Origin: an uncultured bacterium
GTDB lineage: Bacteria; Babelota; Babeliae; Babelales; JACPOV01
Assembly (NCBI GenBank): GCA_963744715.1
Contig: CAVUUR010000002.1
Coordinates: forward strand, 1 to 64,000
Length of the DNA stretch: 64,000 nucleotides
Direction of reading: 5' to 3'
Part shown: in pieces, positions 12,608-22,452 of the stretch
Layout: each line of letters opens with the position of its first letter
Numbering within the stretch: the stretch's first letter is position 1
Translations under genes and position numbers: made by a program
Notes under the pieces: generated by a model
Databases searched by the model: none
Seen by the model: only the letters and a program-made list of their open reading frames with translations
Told to the model about the DNA's origin: nothing

Positions 12608-13588
12608 TTAAGAAACGTTTTCAAATATTTTTTTGATTGGCGCCAATGAACCGAGCACCGAAGTAGCTTCATAAGGAATAACTACTAACTTATCATCTTT
12701 GCCTTTAAGCATTTCAGGTAATGTTTTTATATATTGTAACGCAATTAAATAAGCAAGCGGATCTCCATCAGCAGAAACTTCGCGAATCATGGCAATAGCT
12801 TTTGCTTCTGCTTGCGCTATTTTCAAACGAGATTGAGCATCACCTTCTGCCATAATAATTTGAGATTCTGCTTGACCTTTAGCTTCTAAGACACTTGATT
12901 CTTTAATACCTTCTGCTTTTAAAATAGCGGCACCTTTAAAGCCTTCCGCCTCTAAAATTTTTGCGCGGCGATCTCGCTCTGCACGCATTTGTTTTTCCAT
13001 TGCATGACGAATATCTTCAGGCGGATTAACTTCTTGCAACTCTACACGATTAATTTTAACGCCCCATTTATCGGTTGCTTCATCCAAAATAATTTGTAAT
13101 TTTTCATTAATTTTATCACGCGATACCAAGCTTTCATCTAAATCCATAGAGCCAATTACATTACGCAACGTTGTTTGCGTTAATTTTTCAATCGCTTCTG
13201 ACAAATTAGCAACCTCATAGACCGCAGCTCGTGGATCAGTAATCTGATAATATAATAATGCATTAATTTCCATCGTTACATTATCTCTGGTAATAACATT
13301 TTGTTTGGGAAAATCATATACTGCTTCGCGTAAATCAATGCGATTTAATATTTTTACAAAGCGATTGTATCGCTTACCATTATTTTCTGCTATTACAAAC
13401 GTCCACATAACCTGACGCGTCTGTTCAATGAAAGGAATAACAATATGCATGCCAGGTCCAAGAATACGATTAAATTTCCCTAATCGTTCAATAACCACTA
13501 CTTCAGCTTGTTGCACTAAATAAACTGCTTTGATCATAATCGTTATGATAATAAAAATTATCAAAGCACTCAACGTATAAATAACCAT
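12608..13588 (-). CDS. SPFH/band 7 (paraslipin/QmcA-like) membrane protein
   Basis: VIERLGKF, QNVITRDN, QTTLRNVIG, WGVKINRVE and MEKQMRAERDRRA motifs. Confidence 0.93.
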   Translation of the reverse strand: MVIYTLSALIIFIIITIMIKAVYLVQQAEVVVIERLGKFNRILGPGMHIVIPFIEQTRQVMWTFVIAENNGKRYNRFVKILNRIDLREAVYDFPKQNVITRDNVTMEINALLYYQITDPRAAVYEVANLSEAIEKLTQTTLRNVIGSMDLDESLVSRDKINEKLQIILDEATDKWGVKINRVELQEVNPPEDIRHAMEKQMRAERDRRAKILEAEGFKGAAILKAEGIKESSVLEAKGQAESQIIMAEGDAQSRLKIAQAEAKAIAMIREVSADGDPLAYLIALQYIKTLPEMLKGKDDKLVVIPYEATSVLGSLAPIKKIFENVS

Positions 13589-13602
13589 GTTAGATTCCTT
13601 TA

Positions 13603-14034
13603 CTAATTATTTTTTTCACATTCTTGCACAACCAGATGAACCCCAACAACCTGTACCACCTGTGCAACGGCACCGGCTGAAATAGGTAGATCATGCACTG
13701 CTTTTGCAGACCAAATTTCACCACCAACTTTTACTTGACCAAATTCCATTGGTGTGATGGTTTTAATAACAAAACATTTTTTACCTATCAGTGCATCAAC
13801 GTTTGACCGCAATAATATCTGATGCTCTTGACGCTTTACCCATGTTTTAAGGAGCACCAACATAACAATACCAATAATACTACCAACTGCACATTGGATA
13901 TTGGCCGAATAACCAAGCAAGCTAACGATTGCTGCTCCGAAAGATCCGCAACTTAGTGCAAAAAAGAACAACAACCCTGGATTGTTTAACTCAAGGAAAA
14001 GTGTAATACCTGTTATGATAAGCCAACCGTACAT
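13603..14034 (-). CDS. NfeD family protein (short form)
   Basis: N-terminal TM segments, LIGK and GQVKVGGEIWSA OB-fold motif; upstream of the SPFH gene. Confidence 0.88.
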   Translation of the reverse strand: MYGWLIITGITLFLELNNPGLLFFFALSCGSFGAAIVSLLGYSANIQCAVGSIIGIVMLVLLKTWVKRQEHQILLRSNVDALIGKKCFVIKTITPMEFGQVKVGGEIWSAKAVHDLPISAGAVAQVVQVVGVHLVVQECEKNN

Positions 14035-14139
14035 AGAAAAAACTTTACATTTTAAATATAATTATTGTAATTGCTTAATAATTTTATTATATCTTATTTG
14101 TAACAATAATCAATCCAAGTCTTATCAAATCAGAATGCA

Positions 14140-15045
14140 TTAAGAGATAGAATTATTATGCAAATATTGTATAAGTTGATCTTTTGATTCTTTTCTAAAA
14201 TGGTCAGGAAAATGCTTAGTAAGCAAATCATCAAGCGTAATCCCTTGCTTTTTGCACTCTTTAAGTATCATGTTTACCCGATCGCGACAAGGAGGATGAG
14301 TATCTTTATAAGAAAATGGCCCATAATGGTTCTCCTGAAGCCATAAATAATGATGCATCGTTGCAATGATCGCAGCATAATTATTGTTTTGTAATAATTT
14401 TTTTACAGCAAAATTATCAGCAGCATACTCTTCTTTACGCTTATTATAGGCAGCGATATAAGGTGCAACAATTTTTCCAAGTGCGCCGATCGCTAATCCA
14501 ATGCCAACAGCAGGCACTATATGAGTACATTTAGCAAGACCTAGCGTTGTTAGAGAACCGCTTATAAGTGGTACAATATAATTAAGGTATTCTTCTAATA
14601 GTAAGTTCTTAAATGAATGATCGCCGTTAACAATATGACCGATTTCATGATACAAAGAAAAATCAATCTCTTCTTTTGATCGCTTTGTCCCAAGAACCAT
14701 AAGGGCAATAGGCCATTTTTCATGACCGTACACATGTGAAATAGAACTATCATTATTTTGTAATACAAAGAGAGGCCGCTGACGAACTTTGCATTCAGCT
14801 AAAGCTTTATCTACTCTAGGGGCAAGATAATCATCAAGATCAGATAGTTTATCTTTTAGTACATAAGAACCAATAATATTGACAACGTACTGATCGTTTA
14901 CAAGTTTTTGTAGATAATTATTATGATCAGTAGGATTATTATAGGGATTAAATGACCTATAAAGTGTATGCAAATAATCCAACCTGCCTTCTGCATTGAT
15001 GTATGGTATTAAAAATAAAATATTTAATAATAGATGAATTTTCAT
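14140..15045 (-). CDS. M48-like zinc metallopeptidase, secreted or membrane-bound
   Basis: HEIGH, EEYAAD and THPP..DR motifs; signal peptide. Confidence 0.78.
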   Translation of the reverse strand: MKIHLLLNILFLIPYINAEGRLDYLHTLYRSFNPYNNPTDHNNYLQKLVNDQYVVNIIGSYVLKDKLSDLDDYLAPRVDKALAECKVRQRPLFVLQNNDSSISHVYGHEKWPIALMVLGTKRSKEEIDFSLYHEIGHIVNGDHSFKNLLLEEYLNYIVPLISGSLTTLGLAKCTHIVPAVGIGLAIGALGKIVAPYIAAYNKRKEEYAADNFAVKKLLQNNNYAAIIATMHHYLWLQENHYGPFSYKDTHPPCRDRVNMILKECKKQGITLDDLLTKHFPDHFRKESKDQLIQYLHNNSIS

Positions 15046-15329
15046 AAAAAATCTCTTTGATAATATGTGTTAATTTTTATTTTATATATATTTCTACTTA
15101 TAATAATAAACGAATTCTATTTTTTTGGCAAATAACGCTATTAGTACATTTAACAAAAAGTGGCTAATCCCCAAAAGGGTCATCCTAGAATGTTAGGGGG
15201 GAATGTATTATAATCTTGTAAAATTAATTTTTATCATTACTCAAATAGAATTTAATTTATAATTGTTTCTTTGATTTTTTAAGATAAGTTCTAAAAATAA
15301 ATGTATGCATTACTTCGCATACACCTCAA

Positions 15330-16331
15330 TTGACACCATCGCATTTTTTCATTACAATAAAATTATTATTTAATAATTACAAAAAGAGTTATTCCACTTT
15401 GGTACACAGAAAAAACAACCTTATAAACAGCTATTATTTATCCATATTTCTGGCTTTTGCCATGTCATTGCAAGGTTGTTCTCGCATAACTAGAAAGGAG
15501 ATACACATAAATTCTCTAGAAAAGTGTACATCCACAAACATAGAACAAACTCCTCCCATTACTATTTGGATTCATGGGACCCTCTTTTTTAGTAATTTAT
15601 TTTTTCCAACGTTTTTTTATTGCCCATCAGGGTTAACGCTTTCAACTTCACTAGAAAAAAAATATTATCATCGCACTATTGCTGAAACATTATCTGCTAC
15701 GGATCCTCAACGTTTTCCTCTGGAAACATTTTATTTATTTGGTTGGTCTGGCGCATTAAGTTTTGAGGTACGCAAGCAAACGGCAATAGATCTTTATGAA
15801 GCATTAAAAAAACTGGTTAACGAATATATGCAACAGTATGGCAAGAAACCGTTTATTCGTATTATTACTCATAGCCATGCTGGCAATGTGGTTCTCAATA
15901 TGGCAACCATAAAAAATACGTTGGATGATATAACTATTTCAGAACTTATTCTTCTAGCATGCCCCGTGCAAGTAGAAACGGCACATTTGAGTACTGATCC
16001 ATTATTTAAAAGAATATATTCTATTTTTTCAACCTTAGATTCTATTCAAATTCTAGATCCGCAAGGCTTATATCCAAAAAAACATAAACAAAAACGTGTG
16101 CCCCTGTTTTCAGAACGGTTATTTGAACCACAACCGCACATCGCACAAGTCAATCTTAAAATCAATGGTCATGGTATTATGCATATGGGATTTTTATTTA
16201 ACAAGTTTCTTACCACCCTACCCTTTGTTTTACAGGAAATTGATCAATGTTTTATGCAGCAAGAAGCCAATAAACCTAAAGAACCTTGGTTTTTAAATAT
16301 TGTAAAAACCACCTCAAAATCTAAAAAATAA
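15330..16331 (+). CDS. Alpha/beta-hydrolase-like protein, possible lipoprotein (start uncertain)
   Basis: IHGT, THSHAG and LACPV motifs; LQGC lipobox-like site; related to the 5581-7569 domain. Confidence 0.65.
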   Translation: MTPSHFFITIKLLFNNYKKSYSTLVHRKNNLINSYYLSIFLAFAMSLQGCSRITRKEIHINSLEKCTSTNIEQTPPITIWIHGTLFFSNLFFPTFFYCPSGLTLSTSLEKKYYHRTIAETLSATDPQRFPLETFYLFGWSGALSFEVRKQTAIDLYEALKKLVNEYMQQYGKKPFIRIITHSHAGNVVLNMATIKNTLDDITISELILLACPVQVETAHLSTDPLFKRIYSIFSTLDSIQILDPQGLYPKKHKQKRVPLFSERLFEPQPHIAQVNLKINGHGIMHMGFLFNKFLTTLPFVLQEIDQCFMQQEANKPKEPWFLNIVKTTSKSKK

Positions 16332-18191
16332 TTATTGCAACATTTCTTTTGCTACGCGCACAATTGCTGCAGCATCGATCTCTTCATAGTGCATGAGCTC
16401 TTCTGGTTTTCCTGAGCGTGGCAATTTAGTAACGGCTAAACAAGTACTATTAATCTGCTCATTTTTTAATGCGTACATGACTGCTTGGCCTAAACCGCCT
16501 TCTAAGTAATGATCTTCAACGGTAATGATAGTATTTCCCGATTGCCGTGCCGTATTCAATAATGTTTCACGATCAAGTGGCTTGATGGAATATAAATCAA
16601 TCACCGAACAATCAATATTTTCACGTTTAAGAATTTCGTAAGCTTTAAGCGCTTCAAAAACCGTAATTCCAGCAGCTACAATACACACCTTATCTTGATT
16701 GCTACGGCGCAAAATTTTACAACCACCAATTTCAAATTGTTCATTAACTTCATAGATAACTGGCGTTGCTGCACGCGTCGTTCTTAAATACGTAATTCCT
16801 TCATGTCTATTTGCCATCAAGCCAACTAATGCGTGAGTACTAACCGCATCACACGGATATAATACCGCGCTATTTATTAAACAACGCATTATAGCAATAT
16901 CTTCAAGCGCCATTTGTGAAGGGCCGTCTTCACCAATTGATACGCCCGCATGAGAACCAACTAAACGGAGTGGAGATTGACCAATTGCAGCCATACGAAC
17001 TTGATCATACGCGCGTGAAAAAAAAGCTCCAAAGGTTGATACAAATGGAATTTTTCCGCGTGCCGCGAGGCCAACGGCCATGCCAATCATATTCTGTTCT
17101 GCAATAAATGATTGAAAAAATCTATCCGGATATTTTTCTGCAAAAAATTCTGCATACGTTGAATTTTTAACTTCCGCATCTAAACTCACCACCTCTTTAC
17201 ACACATCACCGAGCATACACAATGCCTGTCCGTATGCTTTTCTGGTTGCTATCGTTTCTTTTTTGTCATAAGCAGATTTTGGTAAGGTAACTACCGGCAA
17301 CGATGATACTTTTTCTGATGTCGGTATATGGGGCTTCCATGCAAAGGTTGAAGTAAACGTTGCTGCCTGATAAAATTTTTTTTGCATTTCATCCAATGCA
17401 CGAGCAAGCTCTTCTTTGTTTAATGCTTTACCATGAAAACCTTCTTTATCGGCAATTGAGGGGATGCCATACCCTTTAATAGTTTTTGCTACAATCATAA
17501 CCGGTTTGATACTTTTTTTTGCTTGATCAAATACATTCATTAACGCACCGATAGAATGTCCATCAACAACTAATGGTTCCCAACCAAATGCAGCAAATTT
17601 TTTAACGTACGGTTCAACATCATGACCAGACATGGTATGCGTACTTTGTCCCAATGCATTACAATCAACAATACCAACAAGATTATTCAATCGATAATAC
17701 GAAGCCAATTCAGCAGCTTCCCACACCGAACCCTCAGTAGTTTCCATATCACCCATTAATACATACGTATAAAAATCTCGTTTATCGAGATGCGCTTCTA
17801 AGGCCATACCAATACCAATGGAAAGTCCTTGCCCTAAAGAACCGGTTGCTGCCTCTGAACGTGAAAAACGTGCCGTTGGATGTCCTTCAAGCGGCGAATT
17901 AAACGTTCGTAACGTTAGCAAATCTTGTTCGCTAAGAATACCCAGTTCTTTCCAAATAGCATACAATGCGGGGGCCGCATGTCCTTTTGAAAGAATAAAA
18001 CGATCATTGTTGGGGTTGTTAGGATTTTGTGGATCAAAATGCATCGCGTAAAAAAAAGTTACTGCCATAATATCAGCTGCCGATAAACAGGAAGTTGGAT
18101 GTCCTGATCCGGCTTGTGTTGTTGCTTTTAACGAAGATACACGAACATTATATGCAATATGTGCCAAAAATGATTCCATTGATCCATTCAT
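16332..18191 (-). CDS. tkt: Transketolase
   Basis: GSGHPTSC, LSKGHA, ATGSLGQG, IAEQNM and IGEDGPSQMALED motifs. Confidence 0.96.
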   Translation of the reverse strand: MNGSMESFLAHIAYNVRVSSLKATTQAGSGHPTSCLSAADIMAVTFFYAMHFDPQNPNNPNNDRFILSKGHAAPALYAIWKELGILSEQDLLTLRTFNSPLEGHPTARFSRSEAATGSLGQGLSIGIGMALEAHLDKRDFYTYVLMGDMETTEGSVWEAAELASYYRLNNLVGIVDCNALGQSTHTMSGHDVEPYVKKFAAFGWEPLVVDGHSIGALMNVFDQAKKSIKPVMIVAKTIKGYGIPSIADKEGFHGKALNKEELARALDEMQKKFYQAATFTSTFAWKPHIPTSEKVSSLPVVTLPKSAYDKKETIATRKAYGQALCMLGDVCKEVVSLDAEVKNSTYAEFFAEKYPDRFFQSFIAEQNMIGMAVGLAARGKIPFVSTFGAFFSRAYDQVRMAAIGQSPLRLVGSHAGVSIGEDGPSQMALEDIAIMRCLINSAVLYPCDAVSTHALVGLMANRHEGITYLRTTRAATPVIYEVNEQFEIGGCKILRRSNQDKVCIVAAGITVFEALKAYEILKRENIDCSVIDLYSIKPLDRETLLNTARQSGNTIITVEDHYLEGGLGQAVMYALKNEQINSTCLAVTKLPRSGKPEELMHYEEIDAAAIVRVAKEMLQ

Positions 18192-18355
18192 AGGTTATTA
18201 CCTTTACATAAACTGTAACAAAAAATTTATGTACTGTACTTTACCTAAAAGAATGAAGTAATGAAATGTTTTTATTAACGTAGATAAAAAAATTGTGTAG
18301 TGCGTTGGCTGCCACAAAAAGATAGTACTGCTTAAAAAAATCTTCTGATAGTTGA

Positions 18356-18556
18356 TTATACTTCTCGTTCAAAGATTAACACCATAACTAGGGTAGATAA
18401 GGCATATGATGTATAACCTCCTGATTGAAAAAGTTGTTTTAATCGCCAACCATCATTGGCATAATCGGAAACAATCTTTGCATAATCTTCTTTTGGTTTT
18501 CCACTCCACGGGCTATAATCAACGTTAACGAATTTGTATTCATATTTTTTATTCAT
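18356..18556 (-). CDS. DUF4177-like small protein
   Basis: YEYKFV...DGWRL...LIFERE pattern; RBS ggag upstream. Confidence 0.75.
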   Translation of the reverse strand: MNKKYEYKFVNVDYSPWSGKPKEDYAKIVSDYANDGWRLKQLFQSGGYTSYALSTLVMVLIFEREV

Positions 18557-18591
18557 GATATCACTTTCTCCTTGCATCGACACAAAAGAAA

Positions 18592-18624
18592 GTAAAGAAG
18601 TGACAATAAAGCCGACTTCTTTAC
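18592..18624 (-). terminator. Probable intrinsic terminator
   Basis: gtaaagaagt...acttctttac inverted repeat downstream of the 18651 gene. Confidence 0.5.
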
Positions 18625-18650
18625 GTTAAATTTTTATCCATAGTTAGTAT

Positions 18651-19304
18651 TTATCTACCGCCACCTGGTATTACAGGACCTACGCCAGATATCGCTTGTA
18701 ATTGTCTATAAATCTCAAGTGCACCGAGAACTGGTTGTGCCACTTTCGAAAATTCTTCTACAAGCGCCTGACCACGTCGTGCCATTTCTAATGCTTGATT
18801 AAAAACATCACCGACACTTAACAGTTCCTGCGCATTAAGATTGGAAGCTTGCACCCTTTGCTTAACATCTTGTACTTGTTTAATAGCAGCCTTTGTTTCA
18901 GGTGATGATGCTTCTTTTATTTTTTGTTGTAAAGCAGCTAAATATTGACGAAGTCGCTGAGCAGCTTGTTGTGGATTTTCGGATTCAAGAGCTTTTTTAT
19001 ACGCTTCACTTAAGTTTTTAAAGTATGCGGATAAAACGGGCTTGGTCGTAATTTTTGAAATTTCTTGTAATTTTTGCAATGGATCAGGTGCAACAGCTAC
19101 TTGATTAAGAAAGTTATTTAAATCGTCTTTAACCACGTTGAGATCTTTAATTTCAATTGCTTTAAATTCCACTTTGACTGGTTGAAGTTCAACCGTAGAT
19201 GGATTTTTCAACTGAGTTGGAACGTTAGCTGTTTTATTTACAACAGCACCTTGTACTAATGCAGAACTCATTAAGAATGCTAAACTTATTATATACTTTT
19301 TCAT
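18651..19304 (-). CDS. Secreted alpha-helical hypothetical protein, paralog of 19509-20228
   Basis: Signal peptide; shares DLN.VK.DLN.F..QV, DPL.KLQEIS and YFK.LSEAYK; RBS aaggag. Confidence 0.75.
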   Translation of the reverse strand: MKKYIISLAFLMSSALVQGAVVNKTANVPTQLKNPSTVELQPVKVEFKAIEIKDLNVVKDDLNNFLNQVAVAPDPLQKLQEISKITTKPVLSAYFKNLSEAYKKALESENPQQAAQRLRQYLAALQQKIKEASSPETKAAIKQVQDVKQRVQASNLNAQELLSVGDVFNQALEMARRGQALVEEFSKVAQPVLGALEIYRQLQAISGVGPVIPGGGR

Positions 19305-19363
19305 ACTAAACTCCTTTTTACTCATGGTATAGCTACTTTTCTAGCAATACCCATTACAATTTA

Positions 19364-19393
19364 ATTATAATTGAAATCACTATTAAAAAGCAA
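19364..19393 (-). promoter_or_regulatory. Sigma70-like promoter, copy A
   Basis: TTGCTT-18 nt-TATAAT on the minus strand; same layout at 20277-20306. Confidence 0.6.
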
Positions 19394-19461
19394 TAAAACG
19401 CAGAAAAAGAGCGTAAGTACGCTATTTTAATCAAAAAGAAAAAATGGAATATACCAAAAAA

Positions 19462-19491
19462 ATAAAGAAGGGATACATATCCCTTCTTTAT
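19462..19491 (-). terminator. Intrinsic terminator
   Basis: ataaagaagggata-ca-tatcccttctttat hairpin followed by a T-run on the minus strand. Confidence 0.75.
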
Positions 19492-19508
19492 CTACAAATT
19501 ATTGAACA

Positions 19509-20228
19509 CTACTTACTGCTTGGCGCTCTAAGAGGAGTGGCTGCCGTTGTTTGCAATTTATTATAAATTTCGATTGCATTAATAATATGCTGACACGCTG
19601 GCTGTGCCATTTTTGTAAACGCATCTATTAATCCCTTACCACGTTCTGCCAATTTTTCTGCTTCGTCAAAGAAACCGTTCGCACTTAACCCAGCTGCTTG
19701 TGCTTGAAGGTCACCTGCTTTACTAACAAGCGCTTGCTGCGTAACCGATTGAAGGTTTTGTACAGCATGTCGTGTTTCAGTCGATGCAGTTTCTGCTTTT
19801 TCTTGCAATGCCGTTAAAGACTCATGAAGTTTCAGAGCAGCTTCTCTTGGATCTCTCAATTGTAATGCTTTATACGCCTCACTCAATTCTTTAAAATATT
19901 CCCTTATAAAAGGATTAGTACTAACTTCTGAAATTTCTTGCAACTTATGTAATGGATCATTTGATGCTATTACTTGTGCAACAAATCTGTTTAAATCATT
20001 CTTAACCGCATTAAGATCTTGTACTTGTACCGGTCCAAGCGTTACTGGTTGCGTAGGTTGTCCGAGCTGAACGGGTTTAAGATTTACTGGTTTTCTTACT
20101 CGTGTAAGTTTCGTTGGTTGATTTGTTACCGTCCCTATTCTTGTTGGCATATCAGTTCTGCCCATAGAAGCTTGTAATCCTACAAAACTTGTTAACAATG
20201 CTAAACTTAATAGTATGTATTGTTTCAT
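19509..20228 (-). CDS. Secreted alpha-helical hypothetical protein, paralog of 18651-19304
   Basis: Signal peptide and shared motifs; RBS aaggag. Confidence 0.75.
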   Translation of the reverse strand: MKQYILLSLALLTSFVGLQASMGRTDMPTRIGTVTNQPTKLTRVRKPVNLKPVQLGQPTQPVTLGPVQVQDLNAVKNDLNRFVAQVIASNDPLHKLQEISEVSTNPFIREYFKELSEAYKALQLRDPREAALKLHESLTALQEKAETASTETRHAVQNLQSVTQQALVSKAGDLQAQAAGLSANGFFDEAEKLAERGKGLIDAFTKMAQPACQHIINAIEIYNKLQTTAATPLRAPSSK

Positions 20229-20276
20229 AAATATACTCCTTTTTTATGCTAAACTATTACAATTTATTTTAATTAA

Positions 20277-20306
20277 ATTATAACTGAAATTAGCATCAAA
20301 AAGCAA
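20277..20306 (-). promoter_or_regulatory. Sigma70-like promoter, copy B
   Basis: TTGCTT-18 nt-TATAAT on the minus strand. Confidence 0.6.
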
Positions 20307-20349
20307 TAAATTTGCAAAAAAACCTTATTATTTAGGCATTATTTCATCA

Positions 20350-20808
20350 TTAAGGATACATAGTTGGCGTAAATGTGTTTGCTTTTTCTAATCGAGGCAT
20401 TAAAATGGCATATTGCTCGGCAACAGCTTTTTTTACTGCATTCAATTGCTCAATTAATCGAGGATCACCACCGCGCACGATCATTTCTGTTTTATCATTA
20501 GCAAGCCCCATCGCTTGTGTCAATGTCACGTTTGAAGTGATAAGCTCTTGCAAGGTAACTGCTCTTTGTGCATAACGAATACTTCTATCGGCTCGCCGCT
20601 GAACGTCATACAGTAACCCCCGTGCATCATGTAATCTTTTTTGCTTTTCAGGCCAATAAACCCCAAGTGCTTCGGGCCCTGGCTGCGTGGGAGGTGAACC
20701 TACCGTAGAAGCATATGCTGGGCCGGGCTGTACGGGAGGAGCGTATTGCACAGCATGTAATTTTAGTACTAATACGAACATGGCAATAAAACCAATTAAC
20801 CGCTTCAT
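20350..20808 (-). CDS. Hypothetical secreted protein with Pro-rich N-terminus
   Basis: Signal peptide; PPxQPGP occurs twice; RBS aggag. Confidence 0.7.
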   Translation of the reverse strand: MKRLIGFIAMFVLVLKLHAVQYAPPVQPGPAYASTVGSPPTQPGPEALGVYWPEKQKRLHDARGLLYDVQRRADRSIRYAQRAVTLQELITSNVTLTQAMGLANDKTEMIVRGGDPRLIEQLNAVKKAVAEQYAILMPRLEKANTFTPTMYP

Positions 20809-20855
20809 ACTATCTCCTTAATGTTCCTCACCCCAAAGCTACAAAATAATAACTA

Positions 20856-21212
20856 TTATTTTTCAACCTCAAACTCTTCAAAGAATGAAAGTTCATCTTC
20901 ATCATCTGGTTGTTGTTTTTCTAATTCCATATTTTTAGGTTCTGTGCCAGCAGGCTTCTCTTGATCTTTTGCGTGAAGAGATGCCGCTTGATTTTGCATC
21001 GCTTGCTCTAGATCATTACCCGTCTTTGCCATTGATGCAGGCGCTTGATCTTCTGCCATCGCTACATCGTGATTACTCATTTCGGATGGTTGTTGTTTCA
21101 TACACGATATTGTTATCTTCGCGATATCCTTTTTGTGTAAATCCATAGATTCATTTGCTTGCAGATAACCAACAAAACTTATAAGGGTACTTATTGCAAT
21201 AATTTTTTTCAT
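20856..21212 (-). CDS. Hypothetical secreted acidic protein
   Basis: Signal peptide LQA; RBS aggag; acidic tail. Confidence 0.65.
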   Translation of the reverse strand: MKKIIAISTLISFVGYLQANESMDLHKKDIAKITISCMKQQPSEMSNHDVAMAEDQAPASMAKTGNDLEQAMQNQAASLHAKDQEKPAGTEPKNMELEKQQPDDEDELSFFEEFEVEK

Positions 21213-21390
21213 AATAACTCCTGAACTACGATTATTAAATAGCATTACTAACGAATACTATTTTTTTTCTAAAATACTCTTAATTTTATAATAACAGTTT
21301 GTAAATAAAAGATCAATATTATTGCGTAATATAGGGAAAAAAATTAATTTTTTGATACAAAAAAACTAAAAATGTGCTATCGTAGCATAT

Positions 21391-22398
21391 ATGAAAAAAA
21401 TAACATGGCGCCATTACCTTAAAAATTATTTATTGCACTATATTCAGCTACAACTTTTTATAGTGCTTGTTACGCTACCTATTTTTGTAGCGTGGGGCAT
21501 TCCACTTTCATTTGCGTTGCCGTTAAGCAATCTCATCTTTAATCCATTTTTGGGCATATTTCTTTTTATTTCATCCTTTATTTTTTTTACCGAATTGTGG
21601 GGATTGCCCAATATTTTTTTTATCACTTGTTTAGAGATAACAACAAAAATATGGGGATGGATTTTGCAACAAGCAAAACCGACATGGCTTGTAGGATTCA
21701 TTTCACTTAATCCGTATATATTAGCTGCTGTTGCCGTAAGCCCATTACTTATATTACACCATAAAAAATTTGGCATTCCCGTAAAAAGCACGGTAGGATT
21801 TATTCTTATGTGTGGCATTTTTTTTATCTATGCAACCTATATCTCACAACCGTTCACCCTCATTACAACGATTAATTGTTGCGATGAAAAAATTATCTTG
21901 ATACGCCACAATAATCAAACCATGTTGCTTGATAAAGGGGCGTTAGGAAAAAAAATATCAAATGTATCATGGATTGAGTATACGTTATTGCCAACGTTGA
22001 TCAAAACGTGTGGTACGAGTACTGTCGATCATCTAATTGTTTTAAAACCAGGAATATTGTTGTTGGACGCTGCAAAACAATTAGTTGAGTGTACGTTAGT
22101 AAAAAATGTATATATACCTTACTGGAAAGGAGACCCGGGCAAATCTTATTTGAAGCGATACGGTTCATTTCTAGCAACCTTAACGAAGCATAATGCTGCA
22201 TTACAACGAATTGGCAATCGGCCACTTTACCTTGCATTTGATCATGATTCATTTGTTGTACTTAATCAAACACAACAGACCTATTGCTATAATGAAAGTA
22301 CATATCAAGGCACCGATGTTACTGGCATCATTAATCAAAAACCCATTAAAATAGATTTTATCGCCAAGAATATTGACAATGAATTGGTAACCAACTAA
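21391..22398 (+). CDS. ComEC/Rec2-like membrane protein (partial competence domain + degenerate metallo-beta-lactamase fold)
   Basis: QLFIVLVTLP...LSNLIFNP resembles ComEC TM motifs; MLLDKG and VDHLIV resemble the MBL domain but there is no HxHxDH. Confidence 0.55.
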   Translation: MKKITWRHYLKNYLLHYIQLQLFIVLVTLPIFVAWGIPLSFALPLSNLIFNPFLGIFLFISSFIFFTELWGLPNIFFITCLEITTKIWGWILQQAKPTWLVGFISLNPYILAAVAVSPLLILHHKKFGIPVKSTVGFILMCGIFFIYATYISQPFTLITTINCCDEKIILIRHNNQTMLLDKGALGKKISNVSWIEYTLLPTLIKTCGTSTVDHLIVLKPGILLLDAAKQLVECTLVKNVYIPYWKGDPGKSYLKRYGSFLATLTKHNAALQRIGNRPLYLAFDHDSFVVLNQTQQTYCYNESTYQGTDVTGIINQKPIKIDFIAKNIDNELVTN

Positions 22399-22452
22399 GC
22401 TCCGAGTCAAACAATTCCAAATAATAGTTATGGCAAAAAAAAGGATATTGTA

